From a virus: a DNA stretch of 64,000 nucleotides. The notes beneath the pieces are model-generated. The model ran no database searches and was not told the DNA's origin. It saw only the letters and a program-made list of their open reading frames with translations. The stretch is taken from IMG/VR virus record IMGVR_UViG_3300020183_000007, positions 96,001-160,000 of that record; one strand, written 5' to 3'. This document shows, in pieces, positions 9,020-17,231 of the stretch (position 1 is its first letter; the number at the start of each line of letters is the position of its first letter). Both the position numbers and the translations under genes were made by a program.

Positions 9020-9343
9020 CTGATCATAAAATTCGTCACCTACGTGGTGGCGGGTAAGTACAACGACCTGGTGGGTTTCGGCCCCCAGATCGTCGTCAAC
9101 GGAAAGCCGATCACGCTCGAGGCGTGGGTCCCCCGCAACAAGAAGGCTCGCAAGGGCTCCGAAGTCACGGGAACTCCCACCATCGAGGTTGAGGAGGGCA
9201 CTCAAATCACCAAGTCCTACACAAAGGACGGGGTGGAGGTGCTCCTGCCGGTCTGGAAGTTGCGGGTTGTGGTAAGCGGGGACTACGAGTTCTCGCAGCC
9301 GAAAACCGTGTCCCTCCAGGATTTCTTCAGGGACAACGTCTGA
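9014..9343 (+). CDS. hypothetical protein
   Basis: GGAGGAGG RBS; ends FFRDNV. Confidence 0.75.
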   Translation: MDLIIKFVTYVVAGKYNDLVGFGPQIVVNGKPITLEAWVPRNKKARKGSEVTGTPTIEVEEGTQITKSYTKDGVEVLLPVWKLRVVVSGDYEFSQPKTVSLQDFFRDNV

Positions 9344-9434
9344 CACCAATTCCGACGGTAAGCGGTCAACCGTCGGACAAGGAGGAGCCCCCTATCAAGG
9401 GGGTTTTCTCTTTGAGGATAGACCATTGGGGTCA
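9323..9434 (+). repeat. ~112-bp trailer, copy 1 (copy 2 at 10453-10565), starts inside the last codons of the ORF
   Basis: TTCTTCAGGGACAACG...CGACGGTAAGCGGTCAACCGTCGG...GAGGATAGACCATTGGGGTCA occurs twice. Confidence 0.9.
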
Positions 9435-9459
9435 ATCTACAACAGAAAGGACAAGGGTG

Positions 9460-9810
9460 ATGATGTGTAATCACTTTTTAATGCTGCAGATGATGCAGCA
9501 GGCGGTGGAGGTTCTTCGTGAAAGGAAGAGTCCTCCAAAGAAGTGTGTTTCCCCAACCACCGGTAAGTTGATGGTGGAGTGGGGCATCTGGCGTAAGTTC
9601 TACGCCAAGATGGGCGTTTCTTCAGTAGGAAAGCCTTACATCATGATCTCGTTCCCGAAGCCTGTAACTAGGCACGAGGATGGGCATGAATACGGCCACG
9701 ATTACATCATGTGGCTGAATCCAAAGCAAGGGTCCATGACCTGCCCGAATTGCAGGAAAAAGTTGATTGACAGCAAGCTCGTTAATGAGCTAAGTGAGGT
9801 TGTTCAATAG
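9460..9810 (+). CDS. hypothetical protein with C-terminal CxxC
   Basis: GAAAGG RBS; CPNC. Confidence 0.65.
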   Translation: MMCNHFLMLQMMQQAVEVLRERKSPPKKCVSPTTGKLMVEWGIWRKFYAKMGVSSVGKPYIMISFPKPVTRHEDGHEYGHDYIMWLNPKQGSMTCPNCRKKLIDSKLVNELSEVVQ

Positions 9811-10110
9811 AGGTTTTCCCCGGGGATCGAAAGGTCCTCGGGGAAACTTTCTTTTTTGAGGATAGACCGCATCCTCAAGGTGACCGTGCTTTAGTCACAC
9901 GCCCCTCGTTAGGGGAAGGGCCGTAGGGCCAAGACATCGCACAACTACCGACCCACAACCATGTGAGTGGGACCTAATGGGGAACTGATGGGAAAACTGA
10001 GCCACATATTCGCTCAGCCAGAAGGAAACCAGAAGGTGAGAAAATCATGGGAAACGTGGAATCAGCCCTGTCCGGTACGTTAAGCCGAGACACCAAAGGA
10101 GGAGGTCCGC

Positions 10111-10473
10111 ATGGACTACATCCACACCCTCATGGACATCTGGCGGGCGATCTGCTGGTCCATCCGCTTCGGCGGAGAAGGTCAGCAGAAACTCGACAAG
10201 AAGGGGCGGGAGTTCACCTCCTATTCCTTCGTCACCGAGGGCAACAGGGGTGTCCAGCCCAAGTCCGTGGTCGTGTACACGGGCAAGAAGGGGAACATCA
10301 CCGTGATGGCTAACATCAGCGCCCTGCGCAATGATGGCCAGCGGTACCCCAGGTCTGTCAAGTTCCTTCTCAAGAACTTGAACGAGGAGAAGTTCTTCCT
10401 CGTATGCGGTAAGACCCGCATGTACGACCACTACAAAGTGGATTATCCGGAGTTCTTCAGGGACAACGCCTGA
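10111..10473 (+). CDS. hypothetical protein
   Basis: GGAGGAGG RBS; ends FFRDNA. Confidence 0.75.
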   Translation: MDYIHTLMDIWRAICWSIRFGGEGQQKLDKKGREFTSYSFVTEGNRGVQPKSVVVYTGKKGNITVMANISALRNDGQRYPRSVKFLLKNLNEEKFFLVCGKTRMYDHYKVDYPEFFRDNA

Positions 10474-10587
10474 TCCACAATTTCGACGGTAAGCGGTCAA
10501 CCGTCGGACAAGGAGGAGCCCCCTATCAAGGGGGTTTTCTCTTTGAGGATAGACCATTGGGGTCAGTCCAAAACAGAAAGGAAAGTC

Positions 10588-10782
10588 ATGGCAAAGAAAA
10601 TCATGAAGCTGGGCGAAAACGCCGGAGAGTGCGTGATCGATCAAAAAGATCGGTACACGGTTCTCACCTTCGATCAGAAGGAAGCAGCCGACAAGTTCGC
10701 CAAGAGCAAGGGCGTTCAGGTTCAGACGAAGATCGTCGGCGCAGCGAAGGTTCGTTCCTTCGTCGTCATCGTCAAGAGCTGA
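10588..10782 (+). CDS. small basic hypothetical protein
   Basis: GAAAGG RBS before ATG 10588. Confidence 0.65.
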   Translation: MAKKIMKLGENAGECVIDQKDRYTVLTFDQKEAADKFAKSKGVQVQTKIVGAAKVRSFVVIVKS

Positions 10783-10881
10783 TCAGAAAAAGGGTCTGTT
10801 CCCGGGGAGAAATCCCTGGGAACTTCCTTTTTTGAGGATAGGCTACTGGGGCTAGTCCAAAAAGAAAGGTAAGGTTATGTC

Positions 10882-11418
10882 ATGGATAAAATGAAGAAAT
10901 TCTTCACAATCGTCGGAACTGGGTCTCGCAGCCTGGTGGAAGACGAAGAAAAGTTCAACAAGGTGCTTGCACACCTCACTGAACTTCTTGGCAAGGCAAA
11001 AGCCAAGCATGGAGAGAACCTTCTGGTCATCTCTGGCATGGCTGAGGGTTTCGATGAAGCCCTTGCCAAGGCTGCAATGGCAAACAGCGTTCAGCTGCTG
11101 GCAGCTATCCCCAATCGGGGGTACAGCAAGTATTACTGGAAGGATCACAGTATGACTGGTTTCGACCGGTACTCCTCTTTCCAGGAGCTGGCAAGGTATG
11201 CCAATGAAACAGGTGGGGTTGTTTACACCTGTGGATGCATCAAGGATCAACCCACAAAGTGTGGACACTGGGATGGGCGGATCTACAATTTCAAGCGAAA
11301 TGAATGGATGCTTGAGCGTGCCGACATTGTCTGGGTTTACAACCCGACGAGCAAGGGGACTGCTCACGCATACGGACTGGCTCGCAAAGCTGGTATTCGC
11401 ACCCACATCATTCAGTAA
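10882..11418 (+). CDS. SLOG superfamily (YspA/DprA-like) protein
   Basis: VGTGSR, VISGMAEGFDEALAKAA, RNEWMLERAD and SKGTAHAYGLARKAGI motifs. Confidence 0.75.
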   Translation: MDKMKKFFTIVGTGSRSLVEDEEKFNKVLAHLTELLGKAKAKHGENLLVISGMAEGFDEALAKAAMANSVQLLAAIPNRGYSKYYWKDHSMTGFDRYSSFQELARYANETGGVVYTCGCIKDQPTKCGHWDGRIYNFKRNEWMLERADIVWVYNPTSKGTAHAYGLARKAGIRTHIIQ

Positions 11419-11552
11419 AGGAGGACAAATGGTCGTCCCCGGGGATCGAAAGGTCCTCGGGGAAACTTTTCGTCTTTTGAAAGAGATAGTCCCAGAAATA
11501 TTAATTAATACCATAGTCCTTGAAACAAAAGTAAAGGATAGAAAGGAGAGTC

Positions 11553-11759
11553 ATGGCTTACAACTATGACAATCGCAATTGCAATAAGTGTGGTGAGTTT
11601 CACTACAAAGGTGAACTAAGGTACCACGGGTTCATACCCGGCAAGGGAGACTATTTCACCTGCAAGAAATGTGATGAAGTAAAAGCTGCCATCAAGAAGA
11701 ATGTGAAAATCAAGAAGGAACGAGAGGCCTTGAAGGCTTCTCAGCCTACATTGTTCTGA
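11553..11759 (+). CDS. zinc-ribbon protein
   Basis: CNKC...CKKC; GAAAGGAG RBS. Confidence 0.65.
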   Translation: MAYNYDNRNCNKCGEFHYKGELRYHGFIPGKGDYFTCKKCDEVKAAIKKNVKIKKEREALKASQPTLF

Positions 11760-11951
11760 TGCCAACGTCTGGTCCCGGGGGGTGTTTACTCCCCGGGATA
11801 AGGACTTTAACAAAGTGATAGATTTATAATTAAAGTTATATAGTTTTTGGACTAGAACCCTAGTCTTTAGTTTGCGGGCATGACTAGTCCGTATTCTAAA
11901 CTCGAGTTAGGGACAGACACAAGGTCGTCCTTTGAGCCCTAGGAGGGTGCT

Positions 11952-12353
11952 ATGAAGACATACCAAATCAACCATGCGAGTTGGGTCGTGGGGCCCTTCG
12001 GGGAGTTCGGGACCCTGCTTGCGAACCCGGTCGGGCACCGTGAGGAACAGCAGGTGGACAAGATTGCCATCAGGGTCAACGACAAGGAGACCTACAAGAC
12101 CGCACAAAGCTGGCTGGCGGAGCTGAAGGACACGGACTTGGTGCTGACCGCTACCGCGGAGTTCAACCCGGTGCACCTCAGCAACGGTGACATCGGATTC
12201 ACCAAGGATCGCTGGGAGGACAAGAAGACCGGCGAGAACCGCGTGCAGGCTTCGCTGTACATCGGGTTCGCCACCGAGCCCAAGTGGGACATCATCAAGA
12301 AGCCGAAGGTCAACACCCTCGGCAACCTCAAGGAGCTTCGGCGCCCCGAGTGA
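11952..12353 (+). CDS. hypothetical protein
   Basis: AGGAGG RBS; followed by hairpin GTCGGGGACCCTTCGGGGTTCCCGGC. Confidence 0.75.
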   Translation: MKTYQINHASWVVGPFGEFGTLLANPVGHREEQQVDKIAIRVNDKETYKTAQSWLAELKDTDLVLTATAEFNPVHLSNGDIGFTKDRWEDKKTGENRVQASLYIGFATEPKWDIIKKPKVNTLGNLKELRRPE

Positions 12354-12528
12354 GAGGCACAAGAGCAGTCGGGGACCCTTCGGGGTTCCCGGCTGTCTCA
12401 GCCTCAAAAAATACCATGTAGTTCCTTCAGTTCTAGCAGGGTCGTTGAATACGCGAGGTTTCGTTGAATACGCGAGGTTTCAGAAAGTTCTAAAAACTCA
12501 GTAGACCTACAAACGCTGGGAGGCGATC

Positions 12529-12702
12529 ATGACAAACAAGGAAATTCTGCAGGCTGCTCAAGCAATTCTAAATGAAATGCGAAAGCGTGAAGGCGGAGAG
12601 TCTCACAACATCTACGAGAAAGCAGAAGTTTTATTCATGGCAATCAGCAAAGCCTATCCCTGTGATATGGGAGAAGTGAAAGAAAAAGGAGGCTCACAAT
12701 GA
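12529..12702 (+). CDS. small hypothetical protein (57 aa)
   Basis: GGGAGG RBS; read manually, below track cutoff. Confidence 0.6.
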   Translation: MTNKEILQAAQAILNEMRKREGGESHNIYEKAEVLFMAISKAYPCDMGEVKEKGGSQ

Positions 12703-12842
12703 GCGACATTCAGGAAGCCCTCGAACAAAAGATCAAAGAGCTCCGCGAGATGGCACGAAATGCCAACTCCATCGCGGAGTCCCTCCGCCTCCACGCTGAG
12801 GCGTGCATCCTGGAGGAGCGACTCATCCACCTGGATGACTGA
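12699..12842 (+). CDS. small coiled-coil protein (47 aa)
   Basis: AAAGGAGG RBS, ATGA overlap with the previous stop. Confidence 0.6.
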   Translation: MSDIQEALEQKIKELREMARNANSIAESLRLHAEACILEERLIHLDD

Positions 12843-12945
12843 TCTCCCCCTTGCTGAGAGTTCCTCGGTATACCTTCGGGTGTATCGGGGAACTCTCCGC
12901 GTAAAAAAGCTCTAAAAACCCACTAGACTCATAAGGAGTACTGCA

Positions 12946-13266
12946 ATGACAACTTTCATTTGGACGTGCATAGCGTTTGCGCTTGGTTTCTTAAGCTACA
13001 TAGGATATTGCCAAGTCCGACATATTGTTTCAGCGCGACTCAACTACGGCAAGCCCGTGTTGCTTGACGGCGAAAAGATTGGTTCAGTCATTTCGCTCCG
13101 TCACGACGGTTGCAAACGATACGTATTTGTGGATTATGATTATTGCTTGAATACTGATGTGCTTTATTACACCGCAGACGATGCCACAAATGCAATCAAG
13201 TGTGCGTATATCGCAATCATAAACAAGCGAAACCGAACAGCAACAAAACTCCACCACGCCATCTGA
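12946..13266 (+). CDS. membrane-anchored hypothetical protein
   Basis: AAGGAG RBS; N-terminal TM segment. Confidence 0.65.
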   Translation: MTTFIWTCIAFALGFLSYIGYCQVRHIVSARLNYGKPVLLDGEKIGSVISLRHDGCKRYVFVDYDYCLNTDVLYYTADDATNAIKCAYIAIINKRNRTATKLHHAI

Positions 13267-13812
13267 TTCCAAACTCCACTAGGGGAGTATAAACCGATTT
13301 AAGCCTAGTGCGTTCCCCAGGTAACCCTGGGGAGGTATCTGAGTATCCACCTACATTCCAGTGTAGGCCCTCGCTCAAAGCCCCGGCGTTGAGAAAAATG
13401 GATAGAGATCTGGATAATCTCTATGGAATATTATAACATTTGACGGTCCCCAAGTGTTATAAGAACTCACTGTATCAGGCGGAAACCTGATCATATAGTG
13501 GATACAGGTATAATGTGGTATCAGTTCTGCATTATACCCACTAACGAACTGAAGGTCTCTCCGTAGATAGCTGACCAAAGCATTAGGGCATACCCCGATG
13601 TAGGATTGACGAATCCATTCTACCGTTGAAAATAATCTCAGGCAACGTATTACCTGAGTACCGGGAGTTCCCAGTCCCCGAAGGATGTCAGAGATTGTAC
13701 CAATATTGGTATAATCAACTGGGCGGTTCTAAAATTTTCCCTACCTTTGCATGGCGCCTCCCGGTGGTCCTGCTCGCTCCTATACCAGCGAGTGGGCCAC
13801 TGGCGCCATGAA
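13267..13812 (+). ncRNA. candidate large structured ncRNA (~550 nt)
   Basis: no credible ORF; many hairpins (13278-13310, 13315-13332, 13402-13424, 13431-13462, 13750-13810 and others); strand inferred from flanking genes. Confidence 0.5.
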
Positions 13813-13872
13813 TTTCACATTCTAAAAAATACTGCAAAGTCCTCAAATCTACAGCACAAACAAAGGAGCGTA

Positions 13873-14079
13873 ATGCGCGAACAAGCAAGAGCCCGTCCCA
13901 GATGTTCAGTAGAAACCTTAAACTTGCTACAGCAAGTCGAAATCGCTATTAGATTCTGGGAATCAGAAGGCGAATTAACGCACTTGATTAAAGCAATGGC
14001 AGAAAAAGAGCAACTTCTCAAGCAAGCGCTTGAAGAATCTCGTAACTGGGCCAAAGCTAATACTGCTATAAATATCTAA
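13873..14079 (+). CDS. hypothetical protein
   Basis: AAGGAG RBS before ATG 13873. Confidence 0.6.
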   Translation: MREQARARPRCSVETLNLLQQVEIAIRFWESEGELTHLIKAMAEKEQLLKQALEESRNWAKANTAINI

Positions 14080-14452
14080 TGTTTGAATTTCTATTTGGAT
14101 GGTTCTTTGATCTCATTGATTCCATCTTTGACGACAATTAAAGTAAAACAAAACACAGAAAGTAGACACGCATGAAACTCAATATCATTAAGAACACTGG
14201 CAAGATCACTGGTAAGTTGGTATCTGCAACCAAAGCAGCACCTACAAAGACCAAGAGTGGTCTGGCTTTCGCAAAAGACCAGTTCAAGAGTGGTTTCAAC
14301 GCCGGCGTTTCGTCCGATAGTTGACCATACAGAAACCTGGAGTTGGGTCTATCACAGGCCCTTCTCCAGGTTTCAGTAAATAAATAAAATTCAATAGTCC
14401 CCTTAGAAAAAACTTATTAGTAGATTTAGAAAAAGGAAGTGTATTTAACGTT

Positions 14453-15472
14453 ATGAGTAACTATACAGATTTCAATATTGATTTTGATTTATTCTCTGCC
14501 GTGGCCGACACGCCAGAGATGTTCGAATCAACTGGCAAGACCAGCACGCTTCGTGCAGGTCGCGAAATCTCCTTCAAAGGCAGTATCAACGGCATTGAAG
14601 TCCCAGCATCTGCTATTCTGCACGATGCCAAACTGACTCGCCTGACCCTACTGAAGCAAACCAGCCCCAACACCAACAACGAATATTTCTTGGTGACTGG
14701 TATCATGCGCCCTGTGCGTATGGACCTGTTTGTCACGGTGGATGGCGAAAAGATGAACCTCATTGATGTTCTTCTCCTTGCCGTAAACGAAAAGTCCATG
14801 AACAAGATCACTCGTGATCAGTTCTTGGATACTGCCCGCAAGATTGGTTTGAACTTGACGGACGGTATGCCTTACTTCTTCCAGCAGTTTGGTGCAAACA
14901 TCAACGGCTGGACGAAGGCTCGTGAGGCTTTCGTTGCCGCAGGTGCCAAAGATGTCATCGGTAAAATGAACAACCGTGGTCGCATTGAGGCTGCGTATCA
15001 ACACGATGAAGGTGTTCCGGTAACTTCGTTTGAAGTTGGCAGTGTCGACCGCGAAAAGTCTCGCACCAAGCAGGGCTTTCTAAATCTGATTGACGCAACT
15101 GTCCATAACTTTGAGCGCATCATCCAACTACGCAAGGAGAGCAAGCTTCTCCGTGTGAAAGTGGACAGCTCAAGCGGTTGGAGCCAAGAGAAGCAACAGA
15201 AAGCTCGCGATCATGCTGACCTTCTCGCAGCGATGAGCCGTCAGTGGGTATCCAACTGGTCCGGTGCGCAACAGCGTATCGTTGTCCAGCCCAATGGCAA
15301 GCAGGAAACCCAGAATGTTTGGGATCCGGTGAATGCTCCGTGTGGTCGGTTCACAATGGTTGTTGACAATTCTCCCGTCGAAGTTGATCTTTGGACCAAC
15401 TCGGCTCGTGCGAATACGTCAAATACAACTGTTGGCGGTTCCGACAACGGCGACGAGCCCGACCCCTTCTAA
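14453..15472 (+). CDS. hypothetical protein (339 aa, acidic C-terminal tail ending DPF)
   Basis: long ORF; the acidic tail is reminiscent of ssDNA-binding/annealing proteins but no family was recognised. Confidence 0.8.
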   Translation: MSNYTDFNIDFDLFSAVADTPEMFESTGKTSTLRAGREISFKGSINGIEVPASAILHDAKLTRLTLLKQTSPNTNNEYFLVTGIMRPVRMDLFVTVDGEKMNLIDVLLLAVNEKSMNKITRDQFLDTARKIGLNLTDGMPYFFQQFGANINGWTKAREAFVAAGAKDVIGKMNNRGRIEAAYQHDEGVPVTSFEVGSVDREKSRTKQGFLNLIDATVHNFERIIQLRKESKLLRVKVDSSSGWSQEKQQKARDHADLLAAMSRQWVSNWSGAQQRIVVQPNGKQETQNVWDPVNAPCGRFTMVVDNSPVEVDLWTNSARANTSNTTVGGSDNGDEPDPF

Positions 15473-15481
15473 CCCTCAAAT

Positions 15482-15510
15482 GAGTTTGCCCGTTCTCATC
15501 AAAAACGGGC
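15482..15510 (+). promoter_or_regulatory. 29-nt conserved hairpin upstream of tRNA-like RNAs (second copy 28310-28338)
   Basis: GAGTTTGCCCGTTCTCATCAAAAACGGGC vs GAGTTTGTCCGTTCTCGTCAAAAACGGAC; compensatory C-G/T-A change in the stem. Confidence 0.6.
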
Positions 15511-15514
15511 GCTA

Positions 15515-15589
15515 GGGGATGACAGGCGTCGACACAAGGAAAAGCCAAAGTGCACCTTGTGGAACTGGGTTCGAATCCCAGCATCTCCA
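15515..15589 (+). ncRNA. tmRNA-like tRNA-like domain without an mRNA-like domain (75 nt)
   Basis: 5' GGGGATGACAGGCGTCGAC resembles tmRNA 5' ends; acceptor GGGGATG/CATCTCC-A with G3:U70; T-arm CTGGG-TTCGAAT-CCCAG; only a CACAAGG/CCTTGTG hairpin in between. Confidence 0.65.
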
Positions 15590-15713
15590 CTGGGGGACTG
15601 CGTGTATAACGCGTCTTAAACGACACTGTGGTGCGCCCCAAATTCACTCAAATATACACTTATTTTTAATTTCATACAAAAGAGAAAAAACACAGTCAAA
15701 AGGAACAGTCTTT

Positions 15714-15980
15714 ATGAATCAGAACAACATGATCAATTTTGTTACGCTTACGGGCCTTGACGACGAAAGAACTGAAGTTAACCCAGCCAGCATCGTAATG
15801 ATGCAAAGAAGCACCTACGCCCAGTTGCCATGCACTAATGTGTGGCTAATGTTGGGCATCCCATATAAAGTAGTGTGTCGCGAGACACCAGAAGAAATTG
15901 TTCAATTGCAGATGGATGCAATTGGTAAACTCGTGAAAAAGTGCATCAATGTCTTTGAAGAATTAGAAAAGGAGATGTGA
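15714..15980 (+). CDS. FlbD-like family protein, paralog 1
   Basis: FVTLTGLD...EVNPASIVMM...VCRETPEEIV matches the FlbD pattern; paralog at 18185. Confidence 0.55.
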   Translation: MNQNNMINFVTLTGLDDERTEVNPASIVMMQRSTYAQLPCTNVWLMLGIPYKVVCRETPEEIVQLQMDAIGKLVKKCINVFEELEKEM

Positions 15981-16134
15981 TGGAATTTCATATTTGCGAA
16001 GCAGTAACATGCCGGCACAAATGCGAAAAAGAAGGGTGTGACAATCACATCCTGTATCACGACGAACCGTACTGTTTCACACACAGTCCGGATTCAGGCT
16101 CATCATTCAAAAACTATGACTCTAGAAAGGGAGG

Positions 16135-16365
16135 ATGGCAATGGTAACTGGAATCAAAATGACAACCATCATTACACCCAGGTGCTTCAAGTGCGGTCAA
16201 GAAGGCGAATTACAAATTCCTTCGGAAATCTGGTTCGCCGGCAAGAGAAAACGGGAACAAGGCGCTCTCATACAGGACGCCTGGCCCAGTCTCAATGCCG
16301 AGCAACGCGAGCAGATCATGACAGGTATTCACCCCCAATGTTGGCAACAGATATTCCCAAAATAA
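16135..16365 (+). CDS. conserved phage-type hypothetical protein
   Basis: CFKC...IQDAWPSLNAEQREQIMTGIHPQCW. Confidence 0.7.
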   Translation: MAMVTGIKMTTIITPRCFKCGQEGELQIPSEIWFAGKRKREQGALIQDAWPSLNAEQREQIMTGIHPQCWQQIFPK

Positions 16366-16376
16366 CATACCTACGC

Positions 16377-16420
16377 GAGAGGAGTATATGGATACCTTAT
16401 GGTGTCTGTATACTCCTCTC
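16377..16420. repeat. 20-bp inverted repeat (GAGAGGAGTATATGGATACC-TTAT-GGTGTCTGTATACTCCTCTC)
   Basis: seen directly. Confidence 0.8.
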
Positions 16421-16685
16421 TATGTATATAATAAAAAATATCTCAATAGTCTTTTGGGGGGGACCCGGCGAAGCCGGGGGGGACCCATATGATAAGATAT
16501 AATAAGCGCAGTAGCTATGGCTATTTGTGTAAAAAAAATAACAAATAGCCCTATAGCTGCAAGCGTATTTTTTATTTTATCTCAGAAAAAAATTCTCCAA
16601 AATAGGTTGCATTTCTCAACGAAGATGGTATACTGAAAGCCCGGAAGGAAAACTCAACACACATCTCAAAGGAGTACACAACAAG

Positions 16686-16901
16686 ATGCCTAAGCAGCAT
16701 CAATCAAAGTCCATGAAGCAAGTTTTCAAAGAACTTGAAAGACTTGGTTTCAATGTAATACATAAAAAGTCAGGATCCTACAGTATCTACCCTCCCTCCA
16801 CGATACAAGGACCCATGTATACAACTCATGGTACGGAGTCTGCACTCCACCCCATGAGACGTGACTTTAAGCGACTGTACAATATCGAGTTGACTGTGTA
16901 G
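16686..16901 (+). CDS. HicA-like small protein
   Basis: KELERLGFNV..KKSG...IYPP...YTTHGT pattern, 71 aa. Confidence 0.5.
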   Translation: MPKQHQSKSMKQVFKELERLGFNVIHKKSGSYSIYPPSTIQGPMYTTHGTESALHPMRRDFKRLYNIELTV

Positions 16902-17231
16902 GATTATCCTACCAACTGGATAGTCACGGTAGGGTTCAGGTGGTGTCCCTACCGTGACTTCTAGCATTTTTGTTTTATAATTGAATAAATTAAGACTTCT
17001 CGTGGGGGAACCCATACATAACTGCAGAATATATCACTTCTGCCCACAAAGATATCATATTATTACCCTTATTCTTCTGTATATACAATAAAGAGAGGAT
17101 AAGTATTCTTATTGATTATCTTTACTTAGGATATATTACCTAATTTTTTTCCCGGCGATTTTCTATCGCAATTAACATCACACAGGAAACCAGCTTGTTA
17201 CAGCTATTCAACTATTTATCTTTTATTTTCA

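Noticed and set aside
369-12407. Many minus-strand and alternative-frame ORFs in the GC-rich region (and antisense ORFs throughout)
   Set aside because: They overlap RBS-supported + strand genes or repeat modules and lack RBSs; expected shadow ORFs.
12442-12479. 19-bp tandem duplication TCGTTGAATACGCGAGGTT x2
   Set aside because: Only two copies with no spacer; could be slippage or an assembly artefact.
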